From Candidatus Poribacteria bacterium (GTDB lineage Bacteria > Poribacteria > WGA-4E > PCPOR2b): a stretch of DNA of 64,000 nucleotides. The DNA is taken from NCBI GenBank assembly GCA_965204355.1, contig OZ241983.1:291913-355912 (forward strand), in the 5' to 3' direction. This document shows positions 53,214 through 62,521 of this stretch, piece by piece. The notes beneath the pieces were generated by a model that saw only the letters and a program-made list of their open reading frames with translations, was not told where the DNA came from and searched no databases. Every line of letters starts with the position of its first letter. Within the stretch, counting starts at the first letter, position 1. A program made the translations under genes and the position numbers.

Positions 53214-53783
53214 ATGTCCCATCCAAATCTGAAAGAAAAAGACATTCCTATCACGGAGCTTGTCCATATATGGAAACACCGCGATTCTATCGCAATGATG
53301 CCGCCAGAGGAGTGGGAAACCGTGATCTCGATTATTCAAAAGTTGCTTCCTGAATACGCTGTGCGAGATTTTACGAACCTAGAAAACGATCACTGTTACG
53401 TGGTTGAGGTGTTGTTGCATCAAGGACAAACAGATTTTCTGGATGACGGCTTAGACCTTTTAACTCAAACCGGCGGGAAAACGCGTGTCCTACAAACCTT
53501 TGTCAGCCAAATCGCACCCTACTATTATTACTATGTGTGGGAAATGTTCACGAATGGCATTGATGAAGAACTGATGTTCACATATCCCAAAAAATCACAG
53601 TTATCGCAGAGAGAGAGACAGATTGCATTCCTCATTGAACGGCTACTCAACAGTTTTGGCTATAAACTGCTTTCTTCACGCACAGCAACGACGATTGTTC
53701 CAGAGATCGAAACGGAATGCCTCGAAAAAGGTGAGGTGGCAGTTTTTCATCTGCTATTTAGTGAGCTGTTTTCTGTGCGATAA
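53214..53783 (+). CDS. Hypothetical acidic protein, possible immunity protein
   Basis: 189-aa ORF starting 14 bp after the toxin-like ORF. Confidence 0.6.
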   Translation: MSHPNLKEKDIPITELVHIWKHRDSIAMMPPEEWETVISIIQKLLPEYAVRDFTNLENDHCYVVEVLLHQGQTDFLDDGLDLLTQTGGKTRVLQTFVSQIAPYYYYYVWEMFTNGIDEELMFTYPKKSQLSQRERQIAFLIERLLNSFGYKLLSSRTATTIVPEIETECLEKGEVAVFHLLFSELFSVR

Positions 53784-53915
53784 GCTATCTTGATTTTAGA
53801 AGGCGAAACCCCAAAGATTGATATTTCGCTTTGCTGAACTGGCATTCCAATCAGACTGTTACACTCACGCTATACTGTTACAGTCGGCTTAAATCAGTGA
53901 AAGGAGGAGAAACAG

Positions 53916-54431
53916 GTGAAGTCAAACCCGAACAGACTCATTGATCATTTCTTTCAAATGCAGGAAGAGATTGACCGTCTTTTCGATGATTTTATGGAAC
54001 CGTCCCAGGATTTAACAACTGAGACGGCGCATTGGAGACCGCCGATGGACATTTATGAGACGGTCGATAGTTTTGTTGTTAAGATCGAAATCGCAGGTAT
54101 AGAACCGAGCGAAGACCTCAAAATCCAGCTGAATCGAAATGTCTTGACCCTCAAAGGGTACCGACAAGATCGAACTGCTCTGAAAAAAGAACACTACCAT
54201 CAAGCTGAATTAAACTACGGTCCCTTTGAGCGGTCGATTGTTCTACCGAATATCTTGGCGGAGGATGTGGAGCCAGCTGCAAATTACGCAAATGGCTTTC
54301 TTGAGATCCATATTCCCAAGGCGCAGGTCAATAAGCCGAAGGAGATTGTTGTCCAAGCCAAGAAAGAGTTAGAGATCGGTGTCCCTGAAAATCTGGAACG
54401 AAAGGAGCTTGATGATGGCGTCGAAAGATAA
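53916..54431 (+). CDS. Hsp20/alpha-crystallin protein
   Basis: WRPPMDIYET, YGPFERSIVLP, ANYANGFLEIHIPK. Confidence 0.92.
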   Translation: MKSNPNRLIDHFFQMQEEIDRLFDDFMEPSQDLTTETAHWRPPMDIYETVDSFVVKIEIAGIEPSEDLKIQLNRNVLTLKGYRQDRTALKKEHYHQAELNYGPFERSIVLPNILAEDVEPAANYANGFLEIHIPKAQVNKPKEIVVQAKKELEIGVPENLERKELDDGVER

Positions 54432-56796
54432 GGATAAACAGGAAAATAACGTTGAAGAACCGAAGGAGCTACCAATTATTCCTGTTCCGGGTGATCTGGT
54501 TATCTTTCCGTATATGCCGCCCGTCCCCCCGTTCCCACCGCATCACGTTGTGTTATCGGGGGAGAGCATTACATCGGCTGTCGATGAAGCTCTAATTGAT
54601 GGTTCACGGCTGCTCTGTATCTTTAAGCTTCAGCCGGATGAGGACGCAGGGGATCCCACGGTTGAAGATTTCAACACGGTTGGAACGCAAATTTATATTA
54701 TTAAGTGTCGCAAAGAAGATGAGAACGTTTTGTTCCTCGCACAGGGACGCGCAAGGGTTCAGATTGAAGAGATTACACAGACTGATCCGTTTATCAAAGG
54801 GCGGGTGCGGATCATTGAAGAGAAAGAAGAAGAAACAACTGTTGAAGTGGAAGCCTTGATGCGCAGTGCTACCTCGCTGTTTCAGAAAATTGTTGAGTTA
54901 TCATCACGATATCAGGAAGAGTTCAGCATTATCGCAGACAATATCGAAGAGCCGGGGCGACTTGCAGATTATATCGCTGCAACACTCGATCTCAAGCCTG
55001 AAGATAAACAGGTACTCTTAGAAACCATCTCCCCCACGGATCGATTGACTCAATTAATCGTTTCACTCACTAAAGAGTTGGATCTGCTTGAATTGGAAAG
55101 CAAGATACAGTCCGATGCCCAAGGTGTGATTAACCAAGGTCAGCGTGAATACTTTCTCCGCGAACAGATGAAAGCCATCCAAAAAGAGCTTGGTGAGACC
55201 GACGATCTGTTGCTGGAGATTGAGGAGATGCGAGAGCACATCGAAAAAGCAAACATGCCTGAAAAAGTACACGCCGTTGCAGAAAAAGAACTTAATCGTC
55301 TCTCCAAAATGCACTCAGCTTCGCCAGAGTCAACCGTTTCACGAAATTACCTCGATTGGCTTATCAACCTGCCTTGGGATGTCAGCACAGAGGATCTGCT
55401 CGATATCGCTCATGCGAAGCAGATCTTGGATGAGGATCACTATGACCTCGAAAAAGTCAAAGACCGGATTCTGGAATACCTTGCGGTACGGATGCTGAAG
55501 GAAGATATGAAGGGGCCCATCCTCTGTTTTGTGGGACCGCCGGGGGTCGGGAAAACCTCGTTGGGCGCTTCAATCGCGAGAGCGATGGAGCGAAAATTTG
55601 TACGGATTTCGCTGGGTGGTGTTCACGATGAAGCAGAAATTCGGGGACACCGGCGCACTTACATCGGTTCGATGCCGGGGCGTATTGTAAAGAGTTTACG
55701 TCAGGTGGAATCCAATAACCCGATTTTTATGTTAGACGAAATTGATAAGCTCGGTTCGGATTTTCGTGGCGATCCCGCTGCTGCCCTGCTTGAGGTGCTC
55801 GATCCAGAACAGAATTTTGACTTCGTGGACAACTACCTTGAGGTTTCCTTTGATCTCTCGAAGGTTATGTTTATTACTACGGCTAATCAGCTTCATACCA
55901 TTCCCCCGGCTTTACTTGACCGCCTCGAAATTCTTGAACTCCCTGGCTATACAGCCAACGAGAAACTGATGATTGCTAAACAGTATCTCATCCCGCGCCA
56001 ACTTGAATCGCACGGAATTGAGGAGGATACGCTCTCAATTGCGGATGACGCGGTTCATCAGGTAATCGACAAATACACTCGTGAGGCGGGTGTTCGAAAC
56101 CTTGAACGTGAGATGGGAACAATCTGCCGGAAGGTGGCTCGCCAGATTGCCGAAGGGAGCGAAAAGTCAACGCATGTAACAATTGATGATGTGTCGGGTT
56201 ATTTGGGACCAATCAAATTCTTCTCTGAAATTGCTGACCGGAAGGAAGAGATTGGTGTTGTAACCGGCATGTCAGCCACCGCTTATGGGGGTGAAATTCT
56301 ATTTATCGAAGCAACAAGCATGGCTGGGGAAGGGAAGCTACTTCTCACAGGTCAGCTTGGCGATGTAATGCAGGAATCTGCTCAAGCGGCGCTGAGCTAT
56401 GTCAAGTCTCAATCGGAGGCGTTACATTTTGATCCCGACTTCTTCCAAAGACATGACATCCACGTCCATGTGCCAGCCGGGGCAAGTCCGAAAGATGGAC
56501 CTTCTGCCGGTATTACAATCGCCACAGCGCTTGCTTCTTTAGCGACGAAGCATAGCGTCATCCCTGAAGTTGCGATGACCGGAGAAATTACGTTGCGAGG
56601 ACGTGTGCTACCGATTGGTGGTTTGAAGGAGAAAACCCTCGCCGCCAAGCAAGCGGGAATTAAGACTGTTATCCTGCCTGAACGCAACCAGAAAGATCTC
56701 GTCGAAGTGCCCGATGACGCTAAAGAGGGACTTGAGTTCATATTTGTTGATCATGTGGATGAAGTCCTTGATCAGGCACTTAAATCGGGACATTAG
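54415..56796 (+). CDS. lon: Lon (endopeptidase La) protease
   Basis: GPPGVGKTS, GHRRTYIG, LDEIDK, PKDGPSAG, LPIGGLKEK. Confidence 0.96.
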   Translation: MASKDKDKQENNVEEPKELPIIPVPGDLVIFPYMPPVPPFPPHHVVLSGESITSAVDEALIDGSRLLCIFKLQPDEDAGDPTVEDFNTVGTQIYIIKCRKEDENVLFLAQGRARVQIEEITQTDPFIKGRVRIIEEKEEETTVEVEALMRSATSLFQKIVELSSRYQEEFSIIADNIEEPGRLADYIAATLDLKPEDKQVLLETISPTDRLTQLIVSLTKELDLLELESKIQSDAQGVINQGQREYFLREQMKAIQKELGETDDLLLEIEEMREHIEKANMPEKVHAVAEKELNRLSKMHSASPESTVSRNYLDWLINLPWDVSTEDLLDIAHAKQILDEDHYDLEKVKDRILEYLAVRMLKEDMKGPILCFVGPPGVGKTSLGASIARAMERKFVRISLGGVHDEAEIRGHRRTYIGSMPGRIVKSLRQVESNNPIFMLDEIDKLGSDFRGDPAAALLEVLDPEQNFDFVDNYLEVSFDLSKVMFITTANQLHTIPPALLDRLEILELPGYTANEKLMIAKQYLIPRQLESHGIEEDTLSIADDAVHQVIDKYTREAGVRNLEREMGTICRKVARQIAEGSEKSTHVTIDDVSGYLGPIKFFSEIADRKEEIGVVTGMSATAYGGEILFIEATSMAGEGKLLLTGQLGDVMQESAQAALSYVKSQSEALHFDPDFFQRHDIHVHVPAGASPKDGPSAGITIATALASLATKHSVIPEVAMTGEITLRGRVLPIGGLKEKTLAAKQAGIKTVILPERNQKDLVEVPDDAKEGLEFIFVDHVDEVLDQALKSGH

Positions 56797-56845
56797 CGAA
56801 CCACATTGATTCTTAGTTTCCAGATATTTCAAGAAATTTTTCAAC

Positions 56846-56953
56846 TATGGTGAACTTTAGAATTACTTGGACACTCTGTACCGGCGCAGTTACAAACAGC
56901 GCCTACCAAACAGGGGGAGCGAAAGTGTCTACATATTTTGATAATTCACTATA
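56846..56953. mobile_element. TATGGTGAA-family MITE (shortest copy)
   Basis: TATGGTGAACTTTAGAATTACTTGGACA...TTTTGATAATTCACTATA. Confidence 0.8.
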
Positions 56954-56971
56954 AACGAAGGAGAATTCTTT

Positions 56972-57628
56972 ATGGCAGTTAAGATAGAAAAGATGTTTGA
57001 CTTTCCGGGACCACAGCCAAATGGCATGCAAGCCACAGAGGACGGAATCTGGTTTCTGGATCAGGTCTCAAATCAAGCCCTTCTCGTTTCCTATGAAGGG
57101 GAAACTTTGAAGGCTATCGACACAGACTCCGAACACGGGAGCGGTGTTACGGTGGACGGTACAAACCTTTGGCTCGCATCAACTTTCGTGCCGACCCGCA
57201 TAGAAGCCGATGGTCCGGTAATCCTAAAAGTCGATCCAGAAACTGGAAAGACCCGTGCGTCCTATCCGACAGCAGGTGCCCAGAAGTCAGGGGCGCACGG
57301 ATTGGAGTGGCGCGACGGTAAGCTGTGGATGGCGGTGCCGCCTTCAGCGACGGTTTATCAGTTAGACCCAGAAAACGATCTCGCTGTCCTGCATTCTTTC
57401 CCAGCCCCCGGCGTCCGTCCACACGGTATCGCGTGGGAGGGAGATGATCTCTGGTGTGTTGAAACAAATCACCGCGCTTTCTATCGCATGAGCCTGAAAG
57501 ATGGCTCAACTATTGATAAGATCGAAATTCCTGAACCGCATCCCGAGCCGCACGGTATGACCCGCTGGGATGGGGCCTTCTGGTACTGTGATGCCGGTTC
57601 CGGGGCTGTTTGTCGAGTGTCCCAATAG
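56972..57628 (+). CDS. Beta-propeller protein (glutamine cyclotransferase/Vgb-like repeats)
   Basis: Repeated PG..PHG(I/L/M)xW.G..LW motifs. Confidence 0.65.
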   Translation: MAVKIEKMFDFPGPQPNGMQATEDGIWFLDQVSNQALLVSYEGETLKAIDTDSEHGSGVTVDGTNLWLASTFVPTRIEADGPVILKVDPETGKTRASYPTAGAQKSGAHGLEWRDGKLWMAVPPSATVYQLDPENDLAVLHSFPAPGVRPHGIAWEGDDLWCVETNHRAFYRMSLKDGSTIDKIEIPEPHPEPHGMTRWDGAFWYCDAGSGAVCRVSQ

Positions 57629-57649
57629 TTCGACATCTCAAATCACACA

Positions 57650-59764
57650 ATGGTTCTGCATGGGAGTAACAAGGTGAAACGCCCTGACCCCCTATTGCGT
57701 GTTGACAACCTTAAGACCTACTTTCGTACTGCGGAAGGTTCTGATTCCCGGAATCCCGACGCGTCGGGACTTGCTCGTGCTGTGGACGGTGTGTCCTTTG
57801 AGATTCAACATAACGAGATTTTTGCGATTGTGGGAGAATCCGGCTGCGGCAAGAGCGTGACAGCATTGTCGATAAGTCAACTCGTGCCGCAACCAACAGG
57901 ATTTATTGCTGGTGGAGAGATCCATTATAAAGGCAGAGAGATCACCCAATTGCCAGAGGTAGAGAAGCGAAAGATCCGCGGTAATGAGATTGCGATGATC
58001 TTTCAGGAGCCGATGACCAGTCTCAATCCTGTGTTTACCGTTGGGAATCAAATACTTGAGGCAATTCAGCAGCATCAAAAGATAGCCGGGAAAGCTGCGA
58101 AGGATGCTGCTATTGAGATGTTGGACTTGGTCGGCATTCCTGAACCCGCGCGGCGTTTTGAAGAATACCCCCACCAACTGTCGGGCGGCATGAGGCAGCG
58201 TGTCATGATAGCGATTGCGCTGTCATGTCGGCCCGGCTTGCTGATTGCAGATGAACCGACAACCGCGTTAGACGTTACAATTCAGGCGCAGATCCTTGAT
58301 CTGATTAAGGACCTCCAACGCGAGTTTGGCATGGCGGTGCTGCTGATCACCCATGACCTTGGCGTTGTCTCCGAGATGGCGGATCGTGTCGCCGTCATGT
58401 ACGCAGGAAAAATTGTCGAAACCGGCGATTGGAATACACTTTACCATAATCCTCATCACCCCTACACGACCAAATTGCTTGACTCGCTCCCCTCGCGTCA
58501 AAAGCGCGGCGATACTTTGCAGACCATCCACGGACGTGTGCCACAAGCGACGCGATACCCCGATGGGTGTCGTTTTGCTGATCGGTGTCCGCAAGTCATG
58601 ACCGGTTGTGATGCCATCTTGCCGCCATCTATTGAAATCAAAGCGGAGCATCACACTGCCTGCCATCTTTACAACCCTGATTTTAATCGTTCAGAAGATG
58701 CGACGGAGATTGCTGCTGCCCCAACTTCAGCCGGTGTAGGACCGTCTATACCGCCCAAACCTGACATCACCGGTGAACCATTCATTCAGGTGGCTGATCT
58801 GCGCGTCCATTTTCCGATTGTAAAGGGCATACTTAAGCGGACGGTCGGCTATGTTTATGCAGTGGATGGGGTCAACCTTGCCATTCCTAAAGGGAAAACC
58901 CTTGCGCTCGTTGGGGAGTCTGGGTGTGGGAAAACTACACTCGGCAAGGCGGTTCTTCGACTCGGCGTTCCGATTGAAGGAGAAATCCGTTACGATGATA
59001 TTAATCTTGCACAGTTGAGTAGATCTGAACTGCATCCGTATCGACGGAAACTTCAGATTATCTTCCAAGACCCTTATTCATCGTTGAATCCGCGTGCGAT
59101 GATTGGGGGGGCAATTCAGGAAGGGATGATAACCCACGGCATTGGAGCAAATCGGTCTGAGCGGGAGGCCCGTGTGCGCGAGCTGATGCAGCGTGTTGGA
59201 TTGTCTCCTGATATGGTCCATCGCTATCCTCATGAATTCTCCGGTGGACAGCGCCAACGAATCGGCATCGCGCGGTGCTTGGCTGTTGAACCCGAATTTA
59301 TCGTTTGCGACGAGGCGACGAGCGCGCTGGATGTCTCCGTGCAAGCGCAGATTTTGAACCTGCTTAAGGAACTTCAGGACGACTTGGATTTGACTTACCT
59401 GTTTATCACTCACAACCTTTCGGTGGTGGAGTATCTCGCGGACGAAGTTGCGGTGATGTATCTTGGTAGAATCGTTGAACGGGGAACCACCGAAGAGATT
59501 TTTGACCAACCCAAGCATCCTTACACCCGTGCGCTGCTATCGGCTGTACCCAAGGTCGATCCAGAAACAGGGATCGAAAAGATTCAGCTTGAAGGGGATG
59601 TGCCTTCTCCGATTAACCCACCGAAAGGCTGTCATTTCCATCCACGTTGCCCTGAAGCGATGCCGCATTGCAGTGAAGTATATCCTGACGAAATCGCGTT
59701 CACGGAAACCCATTCGTGCCGATGCTATCTTTACGATGCGAAACGTACAACTGAGATGGAATGA
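57650..59764 (+). CDS. Fused DppD-DppF dipeptide/oligopeptide ABC ATPase
   Basis: Two GESGCGK motifs, LSGGMRQR and FSGGQRQR, two Cys-rich C-terminal domains. Confidence 0.92.
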   Translation: MVLHGSNKVKRPDPLLRVDNLKTYFRTAEGSDSRNPDASGLARAVDGVSFEIQHNEIFAIVGESGCGKSVTALSISQLVPQPTGFIAGGEIHYKGREITQLPEVEKRKIRGNEIAMIFQEPMTSLNPVFTVGNQILEAIQQHQKIAGKAAKDAAIEMLDLVGIPEPARRFEEYPHQLSGGMRQRVMIAIALSCRPGLLIADEPTTALDVTIQAQILDLIKDLQREFGMAVLLITHDLGVVSEMADRVAVMYAGKIVETGDWNTLYHNPHHPYTTKLLDSLPSRQKRGDTLQTIHGRVPQATRYPDGCRFADRCPQVMTGCDAILPPSIEIKAEHHTACHLYNPDFNRSEDATEIAAAPTSAGVGPSIPPKPDITGEPFIQVADLRVHFPIVKGILKRTVGYVYAVDGVNLAIPKGKTLALVGESGCGKTTLGKAVLRLGVPIEGEIRYDDINLAQLSRSELHPYRRKLQIIFQDPYSSLNPRAMIGGAIQEGMITHGIGANRSEREARVRELMQRVGLSPDMVHRYPHEFSGGQRQRIGIARCLAVEPEFIVCDEATSALDVSVQAQILNLLKELQDDLDLTYLFITHNLSVVEYLADEVAVMYLGRIVERGTTEEIFDQPKHPYTRALLSAVPKVDPETGIEKIQLEGDVPSPINPPKGCHFHPRCPEAMPHCSEVYPDEIAFTETHSCRCYLYDAKRTTEME

Positions 59765-59781
59765 ACAGGTAGTGTATAGTT

Positions 59782-59821
59782 AAAAAAAGAGGAGACGAAT
59801 TCTTACGAATCCATCTCCTCT
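59782..59821 (-). terminator. Intrinsic terminator after degP
   Basis: AGAGGAGA/TCTCCTCT stem with T7 on the minus strand. Confidence 0.65.
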
Positions 59822-59853
59822 CTGGTCTGTGAAACAGGTTTCAGTTACTTCTT

Positions 59854-61422
59854 TTAGTTCGACGAATTGTCCAATGTGACGAATGCGGCACCCCTATCAT
59901 TTGGTTGCCTGACATATAGCAAAATCTTTGCTTTATCCTTAACCGCTTTAATCTGCTCACGGTAGTCCTTCAGGTTTGTGATTTCCGCCCCTTCAATTTC
60001 CTGAATTAAGGTCCCGACACCAATCCCTGCCCTTGCAGCGGGGCTGCGTCGTTCAACCGCAGCGACAATTACGCCGGTCTCGCCTGCATACCCATATCGT
60101 GTTGCCAGTTCGCTGGTCAATGCCTGCACATAAATATTTGCAAACACTCCGACGTCCTCTTCATCGGGGACAAAAGGTTCGCCCCTACTCCTGAATTTTG
60201 CAAGCACTTCTTGAGTGCGCTTTTCGAGCTTGACCTTCAAGATTTTTTCTGTTCCTTTGCGGATTACTTTCACTTCAGTCATTTCGCCGACGCTTGCTGC
60301 AGCAACAACGTGCCTGAGATGATTCATATCACGAATTGCCACCTTATCAAACTCAACGATCACGTCCCCACGACGGATGCCGGCTTTGTGCGCTGGAGTT
60401 CCTTTGTACACTTGTGTAATCAAGGCACCACGCGGGTCTTCAAGCTTTAACTTCTCTGCCAAGTCGTAATCAATAGGCTGAGGCTGAAGCGAAACACCTA
60501 ACCAGCCTCGCTCAACTTCTCCTTTGTCAATCAACTGGGTCATGATCCGTTTTGCGAGGTTAGTCGGGATGGCGAATCCTACACCGACATTGCCGTATGA
60601 GAGTCCACCGCCGGTGGCGATTGCTGTATTGATACCAATTAATTCACCACGGATGTTAATGAGGGCACCGCCACTGTTACCGCGATTAATTGCGGCATCG
60701 GTTTGTATGAAGTCCGTATACGCGATGTCAATACCAGGAGACATGCGTCCTTTTGCACTGACCATCCCGCGTGTTACTGTTTGTGCAAGTCCGAATGGGC
60801 TCCCGATGGCGATTACCCACTCTCCAATCTGAAGTTCCTCCGAGTTACCAAGAGGCAGCGTAGGTAAATCATTCCCATCAATCTTGAGCACAGCGAGATC
60901 CGTTCCTTGGCGTCCTGCATCTTTTCCAACAACGGTTGCCTTATATTCACGCCCGTTTGGCAAGACTACCGCAATATCCTCTGCGCGTTCAATAACGTGA
61001 TTGTTCGTCAAGATGTAGCCCTCTTTGCTGACAATAACGCCGGATCCAAGCCCGCGCACCTCTTCCTGCTCTTCCGGTTCAGCACGGTCCTGTTGTTCAC
61101 GACGCTCCCGGGGACCGAACCAAAATTCGAAAAAATCGTCCTCACCGAAAAAATCAAAAGAACGCTGTGAACGAGATGTTGGAACTGACCGGGTGGTTGT
61201 AATTTGCACAACAGCGGGTTTTGCACGATTTACCACTTCGATGAATGCACGGTTTGCCCGTTCTAAGTATTCAAAGTCCTGATTGAAATTCTCACTGGTT
61301 TGACCAATTGCAGTTTGAGGGGTAAACGTCGGATTATCTGTGTTTATTGTTACACCCACTGCGATTATTAATGCTATCACTACGAGTGAAATTGTCCATT
61401 TGATTAAATTTGGCTTAAACAT
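59854..61422 (-). CDS. degP: DegP/HtrA (Do) serine protease with two PDZ domains
   Basis: LTNNHV, DLAVLK, IQTDAAINRGNSGG. Confidence 0.92.
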   Translation of the reverse strand: MFKPNLIKWTISLVVIALIIAVGVTINTDNPTFTPQTAIGQTSENFNQDFEYLERANRAFIEVVNRAKPAVVQITTTRSVPTSRSQRSFDFFGEDDFFEFWFGPRERREQQDRAEPEEQEEVRGLGSGVIVSKEGYILTNNHVIERAEDIAVVLPNGREYKATVVGKDAGRQGTDLAVLKIDGNDLPTLPLGNSEELQIGEWVIAIGSPFGLAQTVTRGMVSAKGRMSPGIDIAYTDFIQTDAAINRGNSGGALINIRGELIGINTAIATGGGLSYGNVGVGFAIPTNLAKRIMTQLIDKGEVERGWLGVSLQPQPIDYDLAEKLKLEDPRGALITQVYKGTPAHKAGIRRGDVIVEFDKVAIRDMNHLRHVVAAASVGEMTEVKVIRKGTEKILKVKLEKRTQEVLAKFRSRGEPFVPDEEDVGVFANIYVQALTSELATRYGYAGETGVIVAAVERRSPAARAGIGVGTLIQEIEGAEITNLKDYREQIKAVKDKAKILLYVRQPNDRGAAFVTLDNSSN

Positions 61423-61500
61423 TTTAGACCCTCCTTTTCTGGTTCAAAACACACCGCTATCTAAATGAAAGTTTCAAAAAAGCACGGCACTTTAGACATA

Positions 61501-61538
61501 AAAAAAGCGTCCTACGTTTAGACACAGGACGCTTTTTT
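61501..61538. terminator. Bidirectional-type intrinsic terminator
   Basis: AAAAAAGCGTCCT...AGGACGCTTTTTT. Confidence 0.8.
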
Positions 61539-61551
61539 GCAAACCGAGTGA

Positions 61552-61998
61552 TTATTCAATGTTGATCTGAATCTCTTTGGGTTGAACCTCTTTTGCTTTT
61601 GGAATGGATACGATCAACACACCGTTAGTGAATTTGGCTTTGATATCTTCAGGATCCAAGTTCGCTGGCAATGTGAAAGACCGTTGGAATCGACCATAAC
61701 TCCGTTCAACACGATGATACTTCTGGTCGTTTTCGTCGCTTTCCTGCGTTTTTTCGCCTTTGAGTGTGAGGACATCATCCGTCACAGAGACTTGGACATC
61801 CTTCTCAGAGAGTCCCGGAATTTCGGCACGGATTTCGACGTGCTCATTCGCTTCTAAAATATCAACAACCGGCCTCCAATCCAAACTCTCACCCTCTGCA
61901 CGATAGCGCACAGGTCTATGCCAGTTATCAAACAATCGACTCATCTCATTGTGAATGCTAAAAAGGTCTTGTATCGGTCTCGTAGCTAGGCTTCTCAT
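61552..61998 (-). CDS. Hsp20/alpha-crystallin protein
   Basis: WRPVVDI, ERSYGRFQRSFTLP, AKFTNGVLIVSIPK. Confidence 0.94.
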   Translation of the reverse strand: MRSLATRPIQDLFSIHNEMSRLFDNWHRPVRYRAEGESLDWRPVVDILEANEHVEIRAEIPGLSEKDVQVSVTDDVLTLKGEKTQESDENDQKYHRVERSYGRFQRSFTLPANLDPEDIKAKFTNGVLIVSIPKAKEVQPKEIQINIE

Positions 61999-62069
61999 TT
62001 TTCTGTTCCTCCAATTTTTCGATTTGTGATTAGTTTTATAAGTGTTGTTGCTTAGACAATCGAATACAG

Positions 62070-62086
62070 AGCAAGTGTCATGCCAA
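62070..62086 (-). promoter_or_regulatory. sigma54 promoter of hsp20
   Basis: Minus strand TTGGCATGACACTTGCT (GG-N10-GC). Confidence 0.75.
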
Positions 62087-62298
62087 ACCCTGCTTCTGTT
62101 ATAAATCAGAAGGGAGGGACATCGCCCAAACCCTGTTAGGAAGCGGATTCCAGCAGAATTTGAGCGATAAGATATATTATAAATCTGAAGGACTCGCGGG
62201 CAATTTTACCCTTTACTGTCTAGTTACAGTATGTCATTATGGCATGGTTTATGGTCGAATCATTGCACTACAACGATATGTCATTTTGACCTATTTCT

Positions 62299-62314
62299 CG
62301 GCACGATTGTTGCT
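62299..62314 (+). promoter_or_regulatory. sigma54 promoter, divergent
   Basis: CGGCACGATTGTTGCT (GG-N10-GC). Confidence 0.6.
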
Positions 62315-62521
62315 CCTGCATCATACCAATCCTGCATCCCTGCGTTGTTAACCTTATGCAGGCTTGAAACTTTTGCAGATGTCCCCGATGGGGTAGGGTG
62401 CAACGTGAGCGAGGAGATAATCTGGCGGCGAGGAGATATGCACGAAAATGTTTTCAATCCATTCCGTTTTGTGCGAAAATAGCTTCTCTATCAAGGCACA
62501 GGGTCGAAGGAGACAGTTCCA

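Noticed and set aside
53855-53885. CTGTTACA direct repeat upstream of hsp20-lon as a CIRCE, HAIR or LexA site
   Set aside because: It does not match those consensus sequences and is too short to support on its own.
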